Source of the DNA: Candidatus Dojkabacteria bacterium
Lineage (GTDB): Bacteria > Patescibacteriota > Dojkabacteria > SC72
Direction: 5' to 3'
Assembly: GCA_050950145.1 (NCBI GenBank)
Contig: JBMNHB010000001.1
Span: forward strand, 556,820 to 620,819
Length of the DNA stretch: 64,000 nt
Position 1 is the stretch's first letter; the number at the start of each line of letters is the position of its first letter. The position numbers and the translations under genes are program-made. Of the stretch, positions 19,588 to 29,532 are shown piece by piece. The notes beneath the pieces were generated by a model. It was not told where the DNA came from. It did no database searches and saw nothing but the letters and a program-made list of their open reading frames with translations.

Positions 19588-22443
19588 TTAGAATGTCTTA
19601 AATCCTACTTCTTGTTTGTAAGTTGAAGTATCTGTTCCAAAGAATAACTCTGATATCTTAGTATACTTAGGATGATAGTTAACTATTAAAACTGGATTGG
19701 TTACATTAAGTAAACCTAAATCTCGCTGAAGTAAGAGACCTAAATCGTTGTTGTTTTTAGCAAATGATATTAAAGAACCAGATACCTTAACCCCATCTTG
19801 TAGTTTATCTGGCCTATTTGTCTCTGCTAATACCTGTATCTGTCCCCTAGCTATCATAAACGCATCTATTACATCATACTGTACTACTTCTCCTGTTGTT
19901 CTTGATGTGCTATCTATAATGATATTACCTCCTGCAAAGAGTATTAAACCACTAGTTTCAGGATTTTGTCCCCCTGTGCCTGGATTTATCTGTATATTTG
20001 CTATCGCTGTTATATTTGGTCTCACTATTATATCTTGTTCTGACACTACTAATATCTTACCTTGATACGTTGTGATTGTTACAGATTCCCCTGTTGGATC
20101 AGTTGAACCGATATCAATTGATTCCTTAGATTCCCAAATACATACCTCTTTATTGCCACATTGATTTAATGAAGTTATCGATTTAAAACCTAGTTTATAC
20201 CTATCTAATTTTAACTTTAGTAAATCAAATCTATTAGGTTCTAAAGTATTACCATCTGTTACATTAATTACACTGGTTGGATTCTTAAAACTTTCTGACA
20301 TACTTAGTGTAGAAGGATGGTGGGTATGGGTGGTAGTTATTAACTCTGTTCCAAGATTGTATTCTTGTCCAGCTATATCCTTTGGAATATATCCTATCCT
20401 TCCTTGAGAGAATAGTACGCCTCCCTTAGTTGATATCCAACGATTTAAATCAAATGAGGGAGTAGATGTTGCATCTGATGTGATGTAATTACAAGCTTGA
20501 TCATATGCAGTTATATAGAATTGAAGAAGTCCTGAGTCATTTTCATGTATATCTATTTTAGTTGAATTTATTGGAGAATTATAATACCAACCACTACTCA
20601 AAGGATCAATTTTACCTATTAATGATGATGTTGGCGTCCCTAATACTGTAATAGCTGCCTCTGGCAGAGGATCTATTCTCTTAACAGCTCTACCTGAGAT
20701 ACTATTATATACATTTACCACTGTATCTTTTACTCCTGATTCAGTATCATTACTTTGCCAACTTACTGTTGCCTGTCTTTGGTCATTAATTGTACTTGTA
20801 AAACTTCCAATCGTAGGATTAACAAAATCAAAATTCCAATACCATGGAGTTTCTGTCTTTATATTCTTTAAATCTATAAATAGATAAGGTTTGTTAGAAG
20901 GGCCTCTATGACTAAATATATCTGTCATTCCTGCATAGAAATTATATTTACCTGTTAAGAGAGAATCGGTTGGAAATTTTAACTCTAAAATTACTTTATA
21001 TCTGTTGGAATCTTCAGGATCAATACCATGAAAGACTCTCGTTATACTATCTATTACTACTTTTCTTTGACCATTATCATCTACATATATCTCTGTAGTA
21101 CCCTGTGGATGCTCACCATCTACATCTCTCCCCCACCCATGAAGAGTGCCTCCTGGATTATTAGCTTTATATATTGATGTCTTAGATACAAATATTCCAA
21201 TCCTATTTATATCTGAAGTAGTCTTATCACCACCCATCCAATAGGACTTATCTAAATATCCAGCAATACTGCTACCATCTTTTACAAGCCAAAGTACTAC
21301 TCCATTAATATCGTTTACTCCATCTGCATCTGTTCCTGTAATCTCAATTGTTAATGGATTATTTGCTTCTTTACCTGTGAAATCTATTGCTGTACAACCA
21401 GCTGATGTTGTATCGTTACCGTATCTTGTTAAACCTACAATATTAGGCAGTATATCTACTTTGTAATACCCTTTTCTCTCATCACTCTCTTTCCAATTAT
21501 TATCACATTCATTAAGAGTTGAATGCTTAGCTGTGACAGAACCTATTTCTCCTTCTGATAAAGATGTAGGATAGTTATCGCTGTATCTATGTGACGAGGA
21601 ATCTGTACTTGTTACTCCTACTACTCCCCCTATTAGATATCTTATATCTCTAGCACCTGAAGGTAGAGATATTGTAGGTACTCTAGTACGAGTAGGAGAT
21701 ATTATAGGGAACTTAACTCTTGTAGGTTTACTAGAGTCAGTAGAAAGATTACCACTATTAACCCATACATATGCATTTGGATCACTACTATTTGGATCAT
21801 CTCTCCTATCTACTATTAATTCTATTTCTTCTGGAGAAGGTGGTTTGGTATTAGTTTCAGGACGATAACAAACTTTTTTAGGATAAGTTTGTGTACCACA
21901 TTCAGATGAACAAGAACATGTATTTGGACCAGCACATCGCGGACCTGTATATGCATCATAATATCCTGAATCACACCCCTGATTACACGAACATTCGTAT
22001 GATTTATAACAAGTAATCTGACATTGATTAGATTTCCAATTTCCACATTCTGTCCAACAACCATCTTTGAAAGTTTTAGAGCATGTCCTTCCTGAAGAAG
22101 GTGCTGGAGTATAATAACCCTCCTTGCAAGTCGCTGTACAAGAACAGGTGTTATTGCAATTCCATGAACATCCCCCACTCAGATCTTCAAGGCAAGCAGA
22201 ACCCGCCCCCTCATAACAATTCTTACTACACGAGTCATATGAACATCCCCAATCATCTGCACAGGTAGCAGTATTCCAACAATGTATCCAATAGCTTAAA
22301 CATGCATATCCTGGGGCTGACCAGCATTTATATCCTTCAATAGGAGCATCAGTACAATAGCCAGAAGATACAGAAGAAGGTTTTATTAAACCTAATAAAA
22401 GAAAAAAATTGATAAAAAATAAAATACTCCATATTCGCTTCAT
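19588..22443 (-). CDS. Large secreted protein with Cys-rich N-terminal region
   Basis: Signal peptide, about 170 aa of dense Cys, beta-rich body. Confidence 0.75.
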   Translation of the reverse strand: MKRIWSILFFINFFLLLGLIKPSSVSSGYCTDAPIEGYKCWSAPGYACLSYWIHCWNTATCADDWGCSYDSCSKNCYEGAGSACLEDLSGGCSWNCNNTCSCTATCKEGYYTPAPSSGRTCSKTFKDGCWTECGNWKSNQCQITCYKSYECSCNQGCDSGYYDAYTGPRCAGPNTCSCSSECGTQTYPKKVCYRPETNTKPPSPEEIELIVDRRDDPNSSDPNAYVWVNSGNLSTDSSKPTRVKFPIISPTRTRVPTISLPSGARDIRYLIGGVVGVTSTDSSSHRYSDNYPTSLSEGEIGSVTAKHSTLNECDNNWKESDERKGYYKVDILPNIVGLTRYGNDTTSAGCTAIDFTGKEANNPLTIEITGTDADGVNDINGVVLWLVKDGSSIAGYLDKSYWMGGDKTTSDINRIGIFVSKTSIYKANNPGGTLHGWGRDVDGEHPQGTTEIYVDDNGQRKVVIDSITRVFHGIDPEDSNRYKVILELKFPTDSLLTGKYNFYAGMTDIFSHRGPSNKPYLFIDLKNIKTETPWYWNFDFVNPTIGSFTSTINDQRQATVSWQSNDTESGVKDTVVNVYNSISGRAVKRIDPLPEAAITVLGTPTSSLIGKIDPLSSGWYYNSPINSTKIDIHENDSGLLQFYITAYDQACNYITSDATSTPSFDLNRWISTKGGVLFSQGRIGYIPKDIAGQEYNLGTELITTTHTHHPSTLSMSESFKNPTSVINVTDGNTLEPNRFDLLKLKLDRYKLGFKSITSLNQCGNKEVCIWESKESIDIGSTDPTGESVTITTYQGKILVVSEQDIIVRPNITAIANIQINPGTGGQNPETSGLILFAGGNIIIDSTSRTTGEVVQYDVIDAFMIARGQIQVLAETNRPDKLQDGVKVSGSLISFAKNNNDLGLLLQRDLGLLNVTNPVLIVNYHPKYTKISELFFGTDTSTYKQEVGFKTF

Positions 22444-22494
22444 TGTTGCCTACTTATATAATTTATGCTTATCAAAACTTAGACTATATTTCAA

Positions 22495-23568
22495 TTATTT
22501 TATAGCACTTATGGTATATAACAATAATTTGTCTAGATTTATTGTCTTATTTTCAAGGTTTTTCCTGGCTTCCTCTACAGAAGAATTGATATAATCCTCG
22601 ACATCTGGTACATACATATCTTCAAAATTTTCGGGCCTTACCACACAAATCGGAAAAAGCTCCTTCTCTCCCAAATCTTTTACAATACCCTGTCGAGGAA
22701 TAATTGGCTCCATATCGATACAACCTTTTAATATGCTTTCTGGTACAATTGTATTGCTTGATACAGTCATAAAATCATATTCCTTGTTAATTTCTAAATC
22801 TGAGAAATTATCTGAGGTTACAATTGATACTCTACCTGTTTCATCAATTCTATTGAGAAATCTTTTGGATTTAAATAAAACGTTGTATCGCTGCCCCTTT
22901 ATCTCCCCTTCCATAAGAAGCTCTAATGTGGAATCATCTAAAGTTATGGATTTGAGAATAAAATTATAGAACAAAACAAAATCTAAATTAGCTCCACCAA
23001 CCGATACACTATCTAATGAGTTATAATTATTTTTTCTAATATCTGCTAATTCCTTAGTTAGAATTCTTGGTCTTAATTTCTTTAAATTGCTGTTTAACTC
23101 AAATAATTTAAATAATTCATTGTCATCTAAAATAGTGAGTTTTATTTTATCTAAAGAATAATTAAAAATTTTCCCCCTTTTATAATCTAAAACCATTTCT
23201 ACTGGTAAAAAAGCATTCTCAACCGCATATGGATTCTCCCAATCTATACTATCTTTTTTTATACACAATGTAGAGTCTCGAAGATCCTTATCATCTTCTA
23301 CTAGCACCTCTACTAAAATACAATCCTCCTCATTTTTTGTCTTAATATCCTTTAAAACTGCTTTACAGTGTAATTTAAGCAATCCCTTATCTTTCTCAAT
23401 TTCACAATCTTGTAACAGCTCTGAGTATTTATCCAAGTTATAAAAAGTTTTAGTGCTAATTATCTGTGAAATTCTATCCTTAAAAATGAGACCTAAAAAA
23501 GCAATTAATAAAAATATAAAGCAAATTATTAGTACAATAATACTTTTTCTATTAATAACAAATTTCAT
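22495..23568 (-). CDS. Membrane-anchored hypothetical protein
   Basis: 357-aa ORF with N-terminal TM. Confidence 0.65.
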   Translation of the reverse strand: MKFVINRKSIIVLIICFIFLLIAFLGLIFKDRISQIISTKTFYNLDKYSELLQDCEIEKDKGLLKLHCKAVLKDIKTKNEEDCILVEVLVEDDKDLRDSTLCIKKDSIDWENPYAVENAFLPVEMVLDYKRGKIFNYSLDKIKLTILDDNELFKLFELNSNLKKLRPRILTKELADIRKNNYNSLDSVSVGGANLDFVLFYNFILKSITLDDSTLELLMEGEIKGQRYNVLFKSKRFLNRIDETGRVSIVTSDNFSDLEINKEYDFMTVSSNTIVPESILKGCIDMEPIIPRQGIVKDLGEKELFPICVVRPENFEDMYVPDVEDYINSSVEEARKNLENKTINLDKLLLYTISAIK

Positions 23569-23624
23569 AATTTCAGTTTAATATGTTTTTTTTATAATGT
23601 AAAGGCTGGGGGTGTTTAATGGAA

Positions 23625-23723
23625 TTGCAAAAAATACCTACTTATGGTATAATCTGCCACATTATTAGATGGTGTTTTATTTATCATAATAAACCCTTTT
23701 ATTAAATAATGTGCTCTTTAAAA
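23625..23723 (+). promoter_or_regulatory. Sigma70 promoter, hairpin and boxA-like motif upstream of lipoprotein gene
   Basis: TTGCAA-17-TATAAT (23625-23653); CACATTATT/AATAATGTG hairpin; TGCTCTTTAAAA at 23712-23723. Confidence 0.6.
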
Positions 23724-23891
23724 GTATCTATAAATATATAATGATTTAATTCAATATATTTTTAGATTAAATAGCATGTGATGAGATTGCTATTTTAATG
23801 GGATGCACTTTGTATCTATTAACAATATATGTACAGAATGCATTCCATTAGGATGCAAAATCAACAAGAATCCAAAAAGAAGGAGAAAAAA

Positions 23892-24770
23892 ATGAAAAAG
23901 ATAATGTTTTTGCTAATTGTTCTATCTATCCTTTTAGTTGCTTGCGAAGCAACACCTGCAGCGCCAACAGTGGTGCCTACGGATAAACCCACGGAAATTC
24001 CTACCAAGGAACCAACTTCCGTACCAACGGAGGAACCAACTATCGTTCCGACACAGGAGCCAACTCCGGTACCCACCGAGGAAATTCCTGAAAGTTGTCC
24101 ATTGGATAGTTTTTCCGTGCCAGAAGATATCACAATAGACTTGGGAGTATATGGTGAATTCGAACTTACAAACGGAATAGGTTTAGATATATTCGTCATG
24201 CATCCCACGTTACTCAACCCCATACGTGAAGGGGAAGATGTTACCACCTTATACAATGAAGGCGGTAGCTTTTCTTTTCAAATGCCCTCTCCTGGTTTCG
24301 CTTACACTGGTAAAAATACCAGCATCACTGTAGATGGCGAATTTTGGGGAGAAGAAGGCTTTGCTTTCTCAGAATCAGGTGAGCTTGTCATTCCGGCTGG
24401 AGCTCAAGTTATGGTTGAGACAGAGGGTGGATTTGAAGAACAAGAATCACCTATCATCGTCTATTTCCTTTCAGGGACACCAACTAAAGCAGATGATATA
24501 TCTTTACCTGAGAATGCAACTTTAAGCTGTAAAGACCTATGGCAGATTACTATTAATAACATTGATAGTAATGATATTGAACTCTCTGTTAACACGGGAC
24601 ATAATTTGTTGTTTCCTGGAACTGAAGATGATATTCTAGGTATAAAATTCCCGAATAGCACTGATTTCCAACCGTATGAAGAAACATTTCTCCGTAGAGA
24701 GGCTACCCTGAAGATCAAGGGGAACGGTTCCATTACAGGTTTTATATTTGACCTGTACGATAAAGATTAA
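23892..24770 (+). CDS. Lipoprotein with Pro/Thr (PTxxPT) repeat linker
   Basis: AAGGAG RBS, MKK signal, lipobox LVA-C, PTEIPTKEPTSVPTEEPT repeats. Confidence 0.8.
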   Translation: MKKIMFLLIVLSILLVACEATPAAPTVVPTDKPTEIPTKEPTSVPTEEPTIVPTQEPTPVPTEEIPESCPLDSFSVPEDITIDLGVYGEFELTNGIGLDIFVMHPTLLNPIREGEDVTTLYNEGGSFSFQMPSPGFAYTGKNTSITVDGEFWGEEGFAFSESGELVIPAGAQVMVETEGGFEEQESPIIVYFLSGTPTKADDISLPENATLSCKDLWQITINNIDSNDIELSVNTGHNLLFPGTEDDILGIKFPNSTDFQPYEETFLRREATLKIKGNGSITGFIFDLYDKD

Positions 24771-24779
24771 AATCTTTAC

Positions 24780-24863
24780 GGATTCTGGCTTGTTAGACAG
24801 TATATTTATTTAGATAATCATTATCTATATAAAAATACATACTCTCATCACATGCTAGAATCC
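24780..24863. terminator. Long imperfect hairpin between convergent genes
   Basis: GGATTCTGGC..GCTAGAATCC outer stem, TAGATAAT-C-ATTATCTA inner palindrome. Confidence 0.5.
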
Positions 24864-24916
24864 TCACTTTTAAATAAATATATATCCTTTTCCATTAAAT
24901 AATAACTCTGTTGAGT

Positions 24917-26023
24917 TTACTTGTTAGACAACACAATCATATAGTCTCCATCTTTAACGATATACTCCTTCCCTACATTCTTTACTAAACCTTTCTCCTT
25001 TGCTTCTGCCCACCCTCCACTATCTATCATACTATCAACATTAACAATATCAGCAGTTACAAAACCTTCTTCTAAATCTGTATGTATAACACCAGCAGCT
25101 TCTTTAGCTGTAGCTCCATTCTGTATACACCAAGCATTACACTCCTTCTGCGAACCAGTATAGAAAGTAATGAGGTTTAGTGTATTGTATGCAGCTTGAA
25201 TAATATCACCTACCAAACCAGGCTTAACATCCAACATACTAATATACTCAGAAACCTCCTCATCAGTCATGTTAACCATCTCACCTACAAACTTAACATC
25301 AACTATTACAACAATATCACCTGTTCTCTCTTCTAATTCCTTCTTCCAACCCTCTACCTTTTCCCTACCAATACCCTCCTTGTAATTAAGTATGAATAAT
25401 CTCTTTTTGTTTGTAAGAAGAAAAAGATCATATATCAATTCCTGTTCCTCATCATTTAGATTCATATCAATTACAGCAATATCATCATTAAGACCTTTCA
25501 TAACCTTCTCTAACACCTCATACTCCTTAATACCCTTCTCATCCCCTACTCTCTTTAACTTCTCAACACTATGTAATCTCTTCTCTACACTCTCAATATC
25601 TTTCAATATTAATTCTGATTGTACAATCTCAAAATCTTCAATTGGATTTATCCTGTCATACACATGAACAATATTAGAACTATCAAATGCCCTAAGCACA
25701 TACATAACTACATCTGTTTCTCTAATATGTGAAAGAAACTGATTACCCAGTCCCTCTCCCTTAGATGCACCTTTAACTAATCCAGCAATATCTACAAATG
25801 TCATAGCTGCAGGTACAACCTTCTCAGCATTAAAATACTCGGACAACCTCTTCAACCTATCATCAGGTATCTCCACAACCCCAACATTCTTATCTATCGT
25901 ACAAAAAGGAAAGTTCTCAGCAGGTACTGTTAACTTTGTTAACGAATTAAAGATTGTAGACTTACCAACATTAGGAAGTCCCACAACCCCAACAGAAAGT
26001 GAATGTGATTTCTTAACTGGCAT
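24917..26023 (-). CDS. ychF: Redox-regulated ATPase YchF
   Basis: GLPNVGKST, NFPFCTI, DIAGLVKGASKGEGLGNQFL, TGS domain; start reassigned to the ATG at 26023. Confidence 0.96.
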   Translation of the reverse strand: MPVKKSHSLSVGVVGLPNVGKSTIFNSLTKLTVPAENFPFCTIDKNVGVVEIPDDRLKRLSEYFNAEKVVPAAMTFVDIAGLVKGASKGEGLGNQFLSHIRETDVVMYVLRAFDSSNIVHVYDRINPIEDFEIVQSELILKDIESVEKRLHSVEKLKRVGDEKGIKEYEVLEKVMKGLNDDIAVIDMNLNDEEQELIYDLFLLTNKKRLFILNYKEGIGREKVEGWKKELEERTGDIVVIVDVKFVGEMVNMTDEEVSEYISMLDVKPGLVGDIIQAAYNTLNLITFYTGSQKECNAWCIQNGATAKEAAGVIHTDLEEGFVTADIVNVDSMIDSGGWAEAKEKGLVKNVGKEYIVKDGDYMIVLSNK

Positions 26024-26041
26024 AATGGTGTAATTATACCA

Positions 26042-26120
26042 CAGACCTGGTCTGTACATTTTTCCTTACCCCTAAACACTTAAAAGACCAAATTTAAGGT
26101 TTTTTAATCTTACTATGGGA
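26042..26120 (+). repeat. 80-bp element, copy 3
   Basis: CAGACCTGGTCTG at 26042-26054; CTAT at 26113; 81/83 identical to copy 4. Confidence 0.9.
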
Positions 26121-26126
26121 AGTTAC

Positions 26127-26897
26127 CTAAACACCCTTAAAACTCTCCCTTAGATATTGAATAATATAGTTATAGAAAGAAGAAAGATTCTCTCTCTCAT
26201 CCCTAGGAACAAAAGGACTTAAATCTCTAACAAAATCTTTCTTAGAAAACCAAACCAACCTCTCCTCCAACATCTTAGAATTAATATCATGTATATCATA
26301 GTACTCTAATTTCTTAATCACCAAATCTTTATCAAATCTAGCTCCTAACTCTTGTAAAACCCACAAATCATACAAATCTCTATGCTTAATCCTTGTCATT
26401 ACAGCTCTTACCTTCTCTGCAAATATCTCATTAATACTAAGAACATTCACAAAACTTCTAAATACAATTGGATACTCTGTTCTTAATATACTCTGAGTTG
26501 GTTCAAGAACATTCTCCCTAGTTGAAAAATCCAATTTCACAAACACCCTACCTTCTAAAAATGGAATATCTGCAGTTAAAAGATATGTATATCCTGATAT
26601 ACTCTCTTTTCTTTTAAAAGAAAATGGATATATATTCTCTAACTTCTTTAAAAAAGGAACTATCTTCTCTTCAAATTCATCCTCTTCCATATCTACAGAA
26701 AAATCTAAATCTTCTGAAAACCTCTGCCCTTTATATACCAATCTAATAGCAGTACCACCTTTAAAAAAGATATCTTTAGAAAATGTTTCCTCATACAATT
26801 CTTTAAGAAAAGAAAGTTGTACAAATTCCCTAACTATTACAGCATCTGATATCTGAGTTTTTTTAGATAATTCTTTTACTTGTTTCTTAGTTATCAT
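26127..26897 (-). CDS. abiEii: AbiEii/AbiGii nucleotidyltransferase toxin (type IV TA)
   Basis: FKGGTAI, RFSEDLDF, AEKVRA, RDLYDL. Confidence 0.9.
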   Translation of the reverse strand: MITKKQVKELSKKTQISDAVIVREFVQLSFLKELYEETFSKDIFFKGGTAIRLVYKGQRFSEDLDFSVDMEEDEFEEKIVPFLKKLENIYPFSFKRKESISGYTYLLTADIPFLEGRVFVKLDFSTRENVLEPTQSILRTEYPIVFRSFVNVLSINEIFAEKVRAVMTRIKHRDLYDLWVLQELGARFDKDLVIKKLEYYDIHDINSKMLEERLVWFSKKDFVRDLSPFVPRDERENLSSFYNYIIQYLRESFKGV

Positions 26898-27475
26898 AGA
26901 TATTTTGATATGAGAAGTTTAATTTCTTTTTTTGATTTTGAAGACAGAAGAGGAAGATATTCTTCTACACCCCTTTTCTTAATATTTGAAAAATCCATCT
27001 CATTTAGATATTCTTCACTTTTTTTCTTTAAAGCTACCATGTAAAGGTAATCAAAAAGAGCTTTCTCTGGATATGCAATTAAACAATTACCTGATTTGTA
27101 ATATCCCATATACAATCTTTTATTTATCTTAATATATCTATATGTTTTTCCTAATATCTCTTTCTTCTTACTTTTCTTTGATGTTGCAGATGTAATTTCA
27201 AAAGGAAACTGACTCAGTATTCCGTGGTAATTTAAAGCTGTTTCAAAAGAGATATATGAAGGAGAGTAAAGAAAGTTTGCTATCTCAAAGTCAGAAACAT
27301 CAGATTCTGCAACCATGTATTTACCCTTTTCTAGAGATATGAGAATATTCTTTTCAATTAATCTTCTAATATTATTCTCTAAAGTCCTTGTAACTTCTAT
27401 CCCTGTTAATCTAGAGATATCCTGCGTTGTTAAAAGACTTCTTTTATTATTTTCTAACAGATTTGCTGTTTCCAT
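26894..27475 (-). CDS. abiEi: AbiEi family antitoxin / transcriptional regulator
   Basis: N-terminal wHTH, PSYISFETALNYHG, PEKALFD; ATGA overlap with the toxin. Confidence 0.88.
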   Translation of the reverse strand: METANLLENNKRSLLTTQDISRLTGIEVTRTLENNIRRLIEKNILISLEKGKYMVAESDVSDFEIANFLYSPSYISFETALNYHGILSQFPFEITSATSKKSKKKEILGKTYRYIKINKRLYMGYYKSGNCLIAYPEKALFDYLYMVALKKKSEEYLNEMDFSNIKKRGVEEYLPLLSSKSKKEIKLLISKYL

Positions 27476-27513
27476 ATACCACCTATTTTAGGTGGTTCGT
27501 GGAAACATGTCAA
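27467..27513 (-). promoter_or_regulatory. abiE promoter with inverted-repeat operator
   Basis: TTGACA-17-TAAAAT; inverted repeat TGTTTCCA-tat-ACCACCTA ttt TAGGTGGT-tcg-TGGAAACA covers the -10 and the start codon. Confidence 0.8.
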
Positions 27514-27525
27514 GAGATAACACCA

Positions 27526-27604
27526 CAGACCTGGTCTGTACATTTATCCTTACCCCCAAACACTTAAAAGACCAAATTTAAGGTTTTTTAATCTTACTAT
27601 GGGA
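27526..27604 (+). repeat. 80-bp element, copy 4
   Basis: Palindrome 27526-27538; CTAT at 27597. Confidence 0.9.
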
Positions 27605-27657
27605 GATTACTTAGTCAACCTTCATCTCCCATACCAAAACATGATATTATAATATTC

Positions 27658-29532
27658 ATGAAATCAAAAAATATTTTACTAACAATTTTGTCTATCTTTT
27701 TTCTTCTCACTACTACCTCTACCCTCTTTGCACAAACAAATCCTGATTTTAAAATTAATACATATACACAGATCTACTACACCACAGGTAAGGACTACGT
27801 AACAGTTATTAATGAATATCAAAGACTTGTTGAAAATAATTCCTACTATTTCACAAAAGAAGGAGAAAAGGTATTCCATATACCAGATGTAAACACAGAT
27901 GAAGAAAATGTGAGAAAGGAAAGAGCATTTAAGCTAGATACTCTCAAAGTTACAGATACTAGGAACAATCCAGTACACTTTACAAAGGAGGAAAAAGGTA
28001 TAGGAGAAGGGATATATATACATATCCCATACTACAGAACTACTACTAAATCCCTACCTTATAAAATTTTAATGACATATGATACTCACGACAATGTAAT
28101 CAAAAGTGGCAACCTAATTACTATAGTTGCATCCTCACTCCCTACTGACACCCTATTTATCAGAAACGACGAAAAAAGCAAAACAACAACAGAATTTAAT
28201 TACGATTTATCCATCATCACCGATAAAAACATCCCTACTCTAGCAAAAGCATATCCCTCTTTTATCAAAGAAGAGAAAGATGAAAAAATATATTACAACT
28301 TCAAAGCAGAAGATAGAATTGGGAAATCACCAACTCTTGAATTTGGAACTTCAGTCATTTATAGATTTGAATTAGAATACGAAACACCAAAAACAGACAA
28401 CCTAATACCTTCCCAATATTCAGAAATATTTAAAGCTCTCTCCACAAACATATATGAAATCTCTTTACCAAGAGAATTCTCAGAAACTGATCAGAAGGTC
28501 ATTATAGATGAGATAATACCAACACCTAGGAAGATATATAGGGATAGTGAAGGAAATGTAATTGCCTCTTTTGAATTAGCTGCAAATAAAGAAGATAGAA
28601 TTAAAGTTACAGGTTATATCTTCTCTAACCAAAATGCACATAATTCGGTGACTAAAAATCCTATGGATATTAGTTTCAGTGAGTACTTAGAAAAAATCAA
28701 AAATGATAAAGGAAGTAGCAAATATTTAACACCTACAAAGTACTGGGAAGTTAAAGATCCTTTTATCCAACAGAAAGCATCAGAGTTAAAAGAAGAAAAA
28801 CAAACACTCTATGATGTAGTTGACGCTGTTTATCAATATGTAAATGACACATTGACTTATGATGAAGTCAAAGCTAGTTCTGAAAATGAAAGGATTGGTG
28901 CAGTAAAAGCCCTGACAGGAGGTGCATCTGTATGTATGGAATATGCAGACTCTATGATTGCAATACTAAGAGCTCAAGGTATACCTGCAAGAGCTGCCTT
29001 AGGTTATGCAAATATTACAGACACTCCAGTAGAATTAATTAGACACCAATGGTTACAGATATGGATTCCTGATTATGGATGGTTAAGTATTGATCCTACA
29101 TTTGAAAGTCCAAACAGAAAAATGGGCCAATTAATTGAAAGAGTACTTTGGGAAACTTTCTACGATGATTCACTTTCAAATATTAGTATCTTTTCTGCAA
29201 ATAAATTAGGTAATTTTAGTGAAGAGAAATTTTCTATAAAAATCTATTCTGTTGAGGAAACCCCTCCAGAGAGGGAATTAAAGAGATATAGCGATATACT
29301 AGATATTGAGAATTCAAATAGATATACTGTTGGTAACTTTACAAATTCACTATTTAAAACAACAGTACTAGGAAAAGCTTTACTCGTAACACTCCCTATT
29401 ATTGTTACTATCGCGCTCCTCATATTCTTCATCGTAATAATAAAACTGGGTATCAAGAAAGTAAAAAAGAAGAAAGAACCAGAGAAAGAGAGAACCCTCA
29501 CAAATAGATCAGTAGGTAGATTTACTACTTAA
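27658..29532 (+). CDS. Secreted transglutaminase-like domain protein with C-terminal TM
   Basis: VCMEYA..LRAQGIPAR, HQW, W..IDPT (Cys-His-Asp triad). Confidence 0.85.
   Translation: MKSKNILLTILSIFFLLTTTSTLFAQTNPDFKINTYTQIYYTTGKDYVTVINEYQRLVENNSYYFTKEGEKVFHIPDVNTDEENVRKERAFKLDTLKVTDTRNNPVHFTKEEKGIGEGIYIHIPYYRTTTKSLPYKILMTYDTHDNVIKSGNLITIVASSLPTDTLFIRNDEKSKTTTEFNYDLSIITDKNIPTLAKAYPSFIKEEKDEKIYYNFKAEDRIGKSPTLEFGTSVIYRFELEYETPKTDNLIPSQYSEIFKALSTNIYEISLPREFSETDQKVIIDEIIPTPRKIYRDSEGNVIASFELAANKEDRIKVTGYIFSNQNAHNSVTKNPMDISFSEYLEKIKNDKGSSKYLTPTKYWEVKDPFIQQKASELKEEKQTLYDVVDAVYQYVNDTLTYDEVKASSENERIGAVKALTGGASVCMEYADSMIAILRAQGIPARAALGYANITDTPVELIRHQWLQIWIPDYGWLSIDPTFESPNRKMGQLIERVLWETFYDDSLSNISIFSANKLGNFSEEKFSIKIYSVEETPPERELKRYSDILDIENSNRYTVGNFTNSLFKTTVLGKALLVTLPIIVTIALLIFFIVIIKLGIKKVKKKKEPEKERTLTNRSVGRFTT

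Noticed and set aside
26024-26059. N-terminal extension MYRPGLWYNYTI of ychF (and the similar extension 33398-33451)
   Set aside because: It runs through promoter and repeat DNA; downstream ATGs match family starts
26042-27604. Integron attC interpretation of the 80-bp element
   Set aside because: No RYYYAAC/GTTRRRY boxes, the element is not palindromic over its length, and there is no integrase
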